Assembly: GCA_964016885.1 (NCBI GenBank)
Contig: OZ024741.1
Coordinates: forward strand, 120,094,001 to 120,158,000
Length of the DNA stretch: 64,000 nucleotides
Reading direction: 5' to 3'
DNA from: Eledone cirrhosa
Lineage: Eukaryota
Positions 58,137 to 64,000 of this stretch are shown piece after piece; within the stretch, counting starts at the first letter, position 1; every line of letters begins with the position of its first letter. The notes below the pieces were generated by a model. It was not told the origin of the DNA. It did not search any database and saw only the letters and a list, made by a program, of their open reading frames with translations. A program made the translations under genes and the position numbers.

Positions 58137-61100
58137 ACCCCGTGACCAAGAAATACCGGGATTGCGGCCGGCGGGCAATAGCCGTGTCTCTAGGAGAGGA
58201 CGACCCCTCTAGTCTTGGTTGACACTCGTCCTAGAAGTGGTAACACGAAATGATTACCCTTGGCGGTTAAGGATAAAACGCGACAAAATAAAGTAAATGT
58301 CAAATGATAAAATCTCATACCGGATCGGCCGTCACCCGGGTCAAAAAGGGCCGCGTCCCTCAGAGAGGAACCAGACTGGGGTCGAAAAATAAGCTAATGG
58401 TTCAAACCTTCCCATTACTTCGGAGCTGGAGACCTCCCATAACCGGAATACTCCTACTGTTGGCCCTCCATGCTCACCACCAAGAAATCCAAAGAAAAAG
58501 AGAGAAAAATGGTCAAGGGAAGACAATAAAGAAGTCCTTGAGGCTTTCTACACTGCCATGTACTACCCATCAAATAGATCGAATACAGAACAGACATATA
58601 TCAACTGGAAAAAGAAACATCCCGAATACAGAGGCTATATTGACAGTAACAAACTAGCCAATATACGAAGAAATATTGTTAAAAAAAGTTACTAACTGAT
58701 ATAGAAATTGATCAGATCAAGCTATTAGCACAAAGTCAGCGAAGGGAAAATGAAATATGTGTCAGTGAAAACGAGGTAAATTGTAGCACTTCGAATCCCA
58801 GGGTTGGGGCGGAATCACTGACAACAGAACAAATTAAAGAAAAAGTGGAGGGAGTGCATGCTCAAGATGAAACTCAAAATGAAAACAATGAGATCATAAA
58901 TGATAAAGAAATGAATGAGAATGAACTTGCCATCTTGAGTGATGAAATTATGATCGAATGGATGAAAAAGTGGAGGGAGTGCATGCTCAAGATGAAACTC
59001 AAAATGAAAACAATGAGATCATAAATGATAAAGAAATGAATGAGAATGAACTTGCCATCTTGAGTGATGAAATTATGATCGAATGGATGAAAATGAAAGA
59101 ATCTGACATGGGGGGAACGAGACACCCTCCCTAAGATCCAGAACTCCAAACAGAACCAAAAGATAATACACAAGACTAACATAATTCTCAAAAACATTAT
59201 CATCACAAACAAACTAAACATTACTGATTTAAATCATCTCTATTATGCATCGGCTAAAGTCACCACTCACTTATGTGGAATGAAAATGAAAAAACAAAGG
59301 AATTCCCACAAGAAATCTACTTGGCAAGAGAACATCAATCGCCAAATAAACCTTCTCCGATCTGACATAGAAATGTTAACAAACTACAAAGTAGGTGAAC
59401 ATGTTAAACAAACTAAACTTAGAAAATTGAAAAGAAAATACAGTATAAAATCAACAAGTGACATAGACATGCTGATAGAAATAATCAAGCAAGAAGTGTC
59501 GGCCAAAGCTGCTCGTATAAGGCGCTTTGAAAAACGATCTAGATTCTATAAAGACAATAATATGTTCAAAAACAACCAAAGAAACTTCTACAGAAAAATT
59601 GGTAAGTCAACAATAACTGCTAAATCAATACCACCCAAGGAGAAAGTGCAAGAATTCTGGGAAAAGATCTGAGCCGAAGAAAAAGTTCATAATATACATG
59701 CCCCATGGATAGACAGACAAATGAAAGATACAGCTCAGCTTGAGGAACAAATATGGGAAAATATAACAGTTGAACAGATGCGTTTGGCTCTTAGAAAAAC
59801 CAGCAAATGGAAATCCCCAGGAAAAGACAAAATACCAAATTTTGGGATAAATGCCTTCACAGAGTCTCATGAGCTGTTAGCCCAACTTTACAATGAAATA
59901 GTTAAGGAGCCAGAAAAGATAGATACCATCATGGATAGTTAATGTCATTACATTCCTGCTTCCGGAGAATGATGAGACAAACAATCCCAAAAATTACAGA
60001 CCGATAACTGGCTTGACCACAATGTATAAAATGTTAACATCAGTCCTAAATGAATATACATATGACCACCTGATAACAAATGACCTATTTCCCAATGAGC
60101 AGAAAGGGCGTAAACGAGGCTCATATGGCTGTAAAGATCAGCTTTTGGTTAATAAAATGATACTGGAAGATTGTCATAATAGACACAAAAATCTATCAAT
60201 TGCTTGGATAGATTATAAAAAAGCATTCGATAGTTTGCCACACAGTTGGATTGAAAAATGTTCAGAGATTTTCAAAATATCTCCCGTTGTCAGGAGGTTC
60301 CTGTCATTCAGTATGAAGACATGGAAAACGACACTCCTTTTGAATAATGAAAAAAAGCGCTGGAAGCTGGAGAAGTTAATATTAATTGTGGAATTTTTCA
60401 GGGTGACTCTTTATCATCGCTTTTATTCTGCATCGCACTTATACCATTAAGTAAAATGCTCAATGAACCAATACATGGATATAAAGTCTATGACAAAACC
60501 ATATGGATGACCTGAAACTATTTGCAAAAAATGATGAACAATTGCACTGTGGAGCAGTTCAGTGATGACATTAAAATGGAGTTTGGACTAGATAAATGCG
60601 CCAAAGCAACGTTCACCAGAGAAAAGCTGCTGAAAAGTTCAGACATTAATCTTGATCGGGGGAATGTGATAAGAGAACTTGATCAAGAGGAAACTTACAA
60701 ATATCTAGGTGTTTGTGAAGGAGACGGAATCAAGCACTCGACAATGAGGGAAAGGATAAGGAAGGAATGTTACCGCAGAGTAAGAGCAATCTTAAGAACG
60801 GAATTTAATGCAAGGAATAGGATCGATGCCATAAACACGCTTGCCATACCAGTAGCAACCTACAGTTACAATGTCATCAACTGGTCAAGCACAGAGATCC
60901 GTAGGCTCGATACAAAAATTCGAAAATTCTTAACCATGCACAGAATGCATCACCCTAAGGCAGATATAGATAGAATATATCTCCCTAGCAAAGAAGGAGG
61001 ACGTGGGTTAATCCAGTTAGACATTGCGTTGAAAACTGCAACAATTGGATTATCTACATATCTAAGGGAATCACATGATTGGATGATCAAACTCGTTTTG

Positions 61101-62180
61101 AAACACGAAAGCATCAAAAGATCATACTCCATTACAAAAGATGCACAAAGATACAGTAATGGACTACAAATTTCAGAAGTCCCATTTACTGCTGAAATGG
61201 AAAACACAGAAAAAGCAAAGCAGGTAAAAGTAACTGCAAAGAAAGAACTGCTACAGAAACTGGCTAAGAAATGGCAAGAAAAGCCTCTGTATAGAAAATA
61301 CCCAGAGCGAGCTAACAATCCTGATGTTGACAAAACTTCAACCCATCAGTGGTTGGTATCCTCTGGACTGAAATCGGAGACTGAAGGACTGATTATATCA
61401 GCACAAGATCAGTGTCTGCCAACAAAAAATTACCTAGCCAACATACTAAAAAATGGATGCAACCCATTATGTCGTGTATGTAAAAAACAACCAGAGACCA
61501 TTGATCATATCATTTCAATGTGCAGTCCTATAGCTCCAACCGAATACCTAAACAGGCATGACAGAGCTGCACAATACATACATTGGATAATGTGTAAGCA
61601 TTTTGAGCAGCCCCATCAAAAGAATTGGTGGGAGCATCAACCACCTCCCATACTTGAAAAAGATCACATCTCAATCTTGTGGAACTTTAGCATCCAAACA
61701 GACCGAAAAATAGATGCAAATAGACCTGATATAATATTGAAGGACTTTAAAAAGAGGATATGCCTGCTAATTGATATGTCCGTTTCAATAGACAAGAATG
61801 TATCTATAAAAACATTTGAAAAATTGAGCAAGTATAAGGACCTGGAGATAGAAATTGTAAAAATGTGGAAATTGAGAACTAAAACAATACCAGTGGTTGT
61901 AGGCACTCTAGGAATGATACCTAAGGGGTCTAATGATTACTTATCGCAAATCACAGGAAACCCGCGTATAGGAGAAATACAAAAGATAGTACTAATGGGA
62001 ACTGCCCATATAATATCGAAGATTCTGTCAATATAAGTACATCACAAGTCTAAACACCTAAAGATGCATGTGTGTGTATGTATGTTTTTTCTTGAACATG
62101 GCGGAGCTTGTTGTCTCTTGAGGTCACTGGTTGTGACTTGGTGATAACTCATATGAACATAAAGCAAGATAAATGCAACT
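58137..62180 (+). mobile_element. R4/Dong copy 2, frameshifted, with a longer 5' UTR and a 125-bp internal tandem duplication
   Basis: Highly similar to copy 1 from 58211; duplication at 58841/58966; RLE motif RPDIIL is intact. Confidence 0.92.
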
Positions 62181-62200
62181 ATAATAATAATAATAATAAT

Positions 62201-64000
62201 GTTTTCTTTATTAACCACAAGGGTTTACATAAAGTAGACATTAAGGACAGTACAGGACAATACAGGACGGTACAAATGGGCATATCTGCGTGTAAAAAAA
62301 CAGAGGATGTAATAAAATAACAAAGAAAGATTCCCCAATAGGGGGAGACTTCCGAGGGACATTTGTGGAGAAAGCCCATTAAAAGACCACAGTGACCCTG
62401 ACCACCAGGGCAAGTGCCCTCTCCCAGTTTTCCACCTTTAATTTACAGACACATACTCAGAGTAGGCCCATTCACTCGGGCCATGCTTGCTTCTCTCACC
62501 CACCTTTCAACAAAATCCTGGGAAGAGAGCACTTCCCTCTCTACCCTGATTTTCCTTTTCAAATGAAATTTGAAAAAGTTAATCAGGGCATAACCGAAGA
62601 GGTAAGTGCTCATCTTCAGCTCTTTCAAACGTGTCCACCATACTATCTCTTTCGCCATGGCCACCAGACAGATAAAAACTTCCTGCACTTCACGGTTAAA
62701 GGAAGATGACGGGGCAATCCTCACGATGGACTCAGCTGATAGCTGGATCCGTCCTACACGTGACAGCAGGTGTTCGACATAAACCAACAAGTCAGCAATT
62801 CTCGGACACTGGACGAGTGCGTGCAGGACGGTTTCGTCGCCCTGCGCGCATCTCGAACATTCCCGGCTGACGGCACCTCCATGCCTGTAGAGTTTATCCC
62901 GAACTGGCAAAGCTCCTCGGTAGCACTGCCAGTCCAGGGATTTCTGGAAGTTGGCCATAGGCCCCGGCCCGAAAGTCCTTCCGAAGAGATTGGCTAGTTG
63001 ATTTTCGTCGACGCCTAGAGTTTCTCCAAGTACGTCGTCGCTCTTCCCCTCCACTAATCCTCTATAGAACGCCAAGGTGGAGTTTCCATCGATCACATTG
63101 CCCGATTGGTCGAGGGCTGTGAGCGCCTGAAAACATTCCAGTCTCCAAGCGCTCCTTCTCAGTCTTCGCTTGACCCAGGACTGCAGCTCCGTCAAGGAGA
63201 CGAGCTGGGGAAAGACGTGTCTAGCAAACGGCGACCACATCTGATCACCGTCGAGGAAGAGGTGGAGATGTCGTAGCCTGAGCGCGTGTCTGCGCATCAT
63301 CAGTCACGGCATTCCCAGCCCTCCACGTAGCGGGTGTTGACAGCAGATGGACCGCCTGACCATAGGAGCGCGTCCCTTCCACAAAAAGCGAAAGAGCAAA
63401 CGCTCCAGCGCAGTCAGGCGGGGCTTAGGACAAGGTACGACGGTCAGGCGGTAGCAGATGACAGACGCGATGTACGCGTTAGCCACCTCCGCTCGACCTT
63501 TCAGGGATAGCTTCCTCTCGGCCCATTTCTGGGTGAGAGAAGCCACCCTGCTCGTCACCTCGTCCCAGTTTTTGTCCGTCTGGAGGTCTGGACCGAACCA
63601 GACCCCTAGCAATTTAACCGGTCCGTCCGTCCAGCGTCCGACGTCGCTGTTGGACGGCATGAATCTGCCTCTGCAGGTGCCGAGCTGCAGACCCACTGAC
63701 TTTTCCTGGTTGATCATTGCTCCTGTCACCGCTTCGTATTCTCTTATTGTAGTGCCGATCGCCTCGATGTGTTTGGCGTTCGACACCACTATGGTGACAT
63801 CGTCGGCATATGCTGACATGGATCTTCCGCATCCTAGTTCGCGCGGGACGCCCCTCAACGTCCCCAGTTTGTGCAGTAATGGCTCGAGAGTCAATACGTA
63901 CAAGAGGGACGAGAGGGGACATCCTTGGCGGACCGAGCGCATGATGTTGAACGGTTCCGAAAGGTGACCGTTCACTCTCAACACAGCAGATGTCGCTGTG
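62201..64000 (-). mobile_element. Tx1 copy 3 (3' part; runs off the window)
   Basis: Highly similar to copies 1 and 2; stop at ~63304. Confidence 0.93.

Noticed and set aside
44833-63967. Antisense and alternative-frame ORFs over Tx1 and Dong (e.g. 45899-46408, 52772-53155, 63458-63967)
   Set aside because: Shadows of the real ORFs; they recur only because the elements are repeated, and show no motifs.

Overview
Eukaryotic, AT-rich, microsatellite-dense, almost wholly repeat-derived window. The tRNA-SINE at 27572 and the (TA)n/Penelope landscape resemble octopus (cephalopod) DNA; this is an inference from recalled repeat sequence and is unverified. There is one host gene: a Cys-rich Methuselah-like/secretin-class GPCR (17677-19602) with a decayed paralog fragment downstream. 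The rest is a full-length decayed Helitron with both termini, an internally deleted Gypsy LTR element, at least six Penelope-like (RT/GIY-YIG) elements, RTE fragments and SINEs. From 44.6 kb on there is an alternating array of two unrelated non-LTR retrotransposons, Tx1/L1-type on the minus strand and R4/Dong-type RT-RLE on the plus strand, joined through (TAA)n tracts. The signal not shown by the ORF track is about 15 manually foldable type I hammerhead ribozyme (HHR) motifs from many unrelated sequence families. They lie in Penelope terminal repeats and in small non-coding fold-back or 1.5-mer cassettes inserted in (TA)n. Some occur as sense/antisense pairs, and three families carry a compensatory U3:A8 core. 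All RNA folds were made by eye and are untested.
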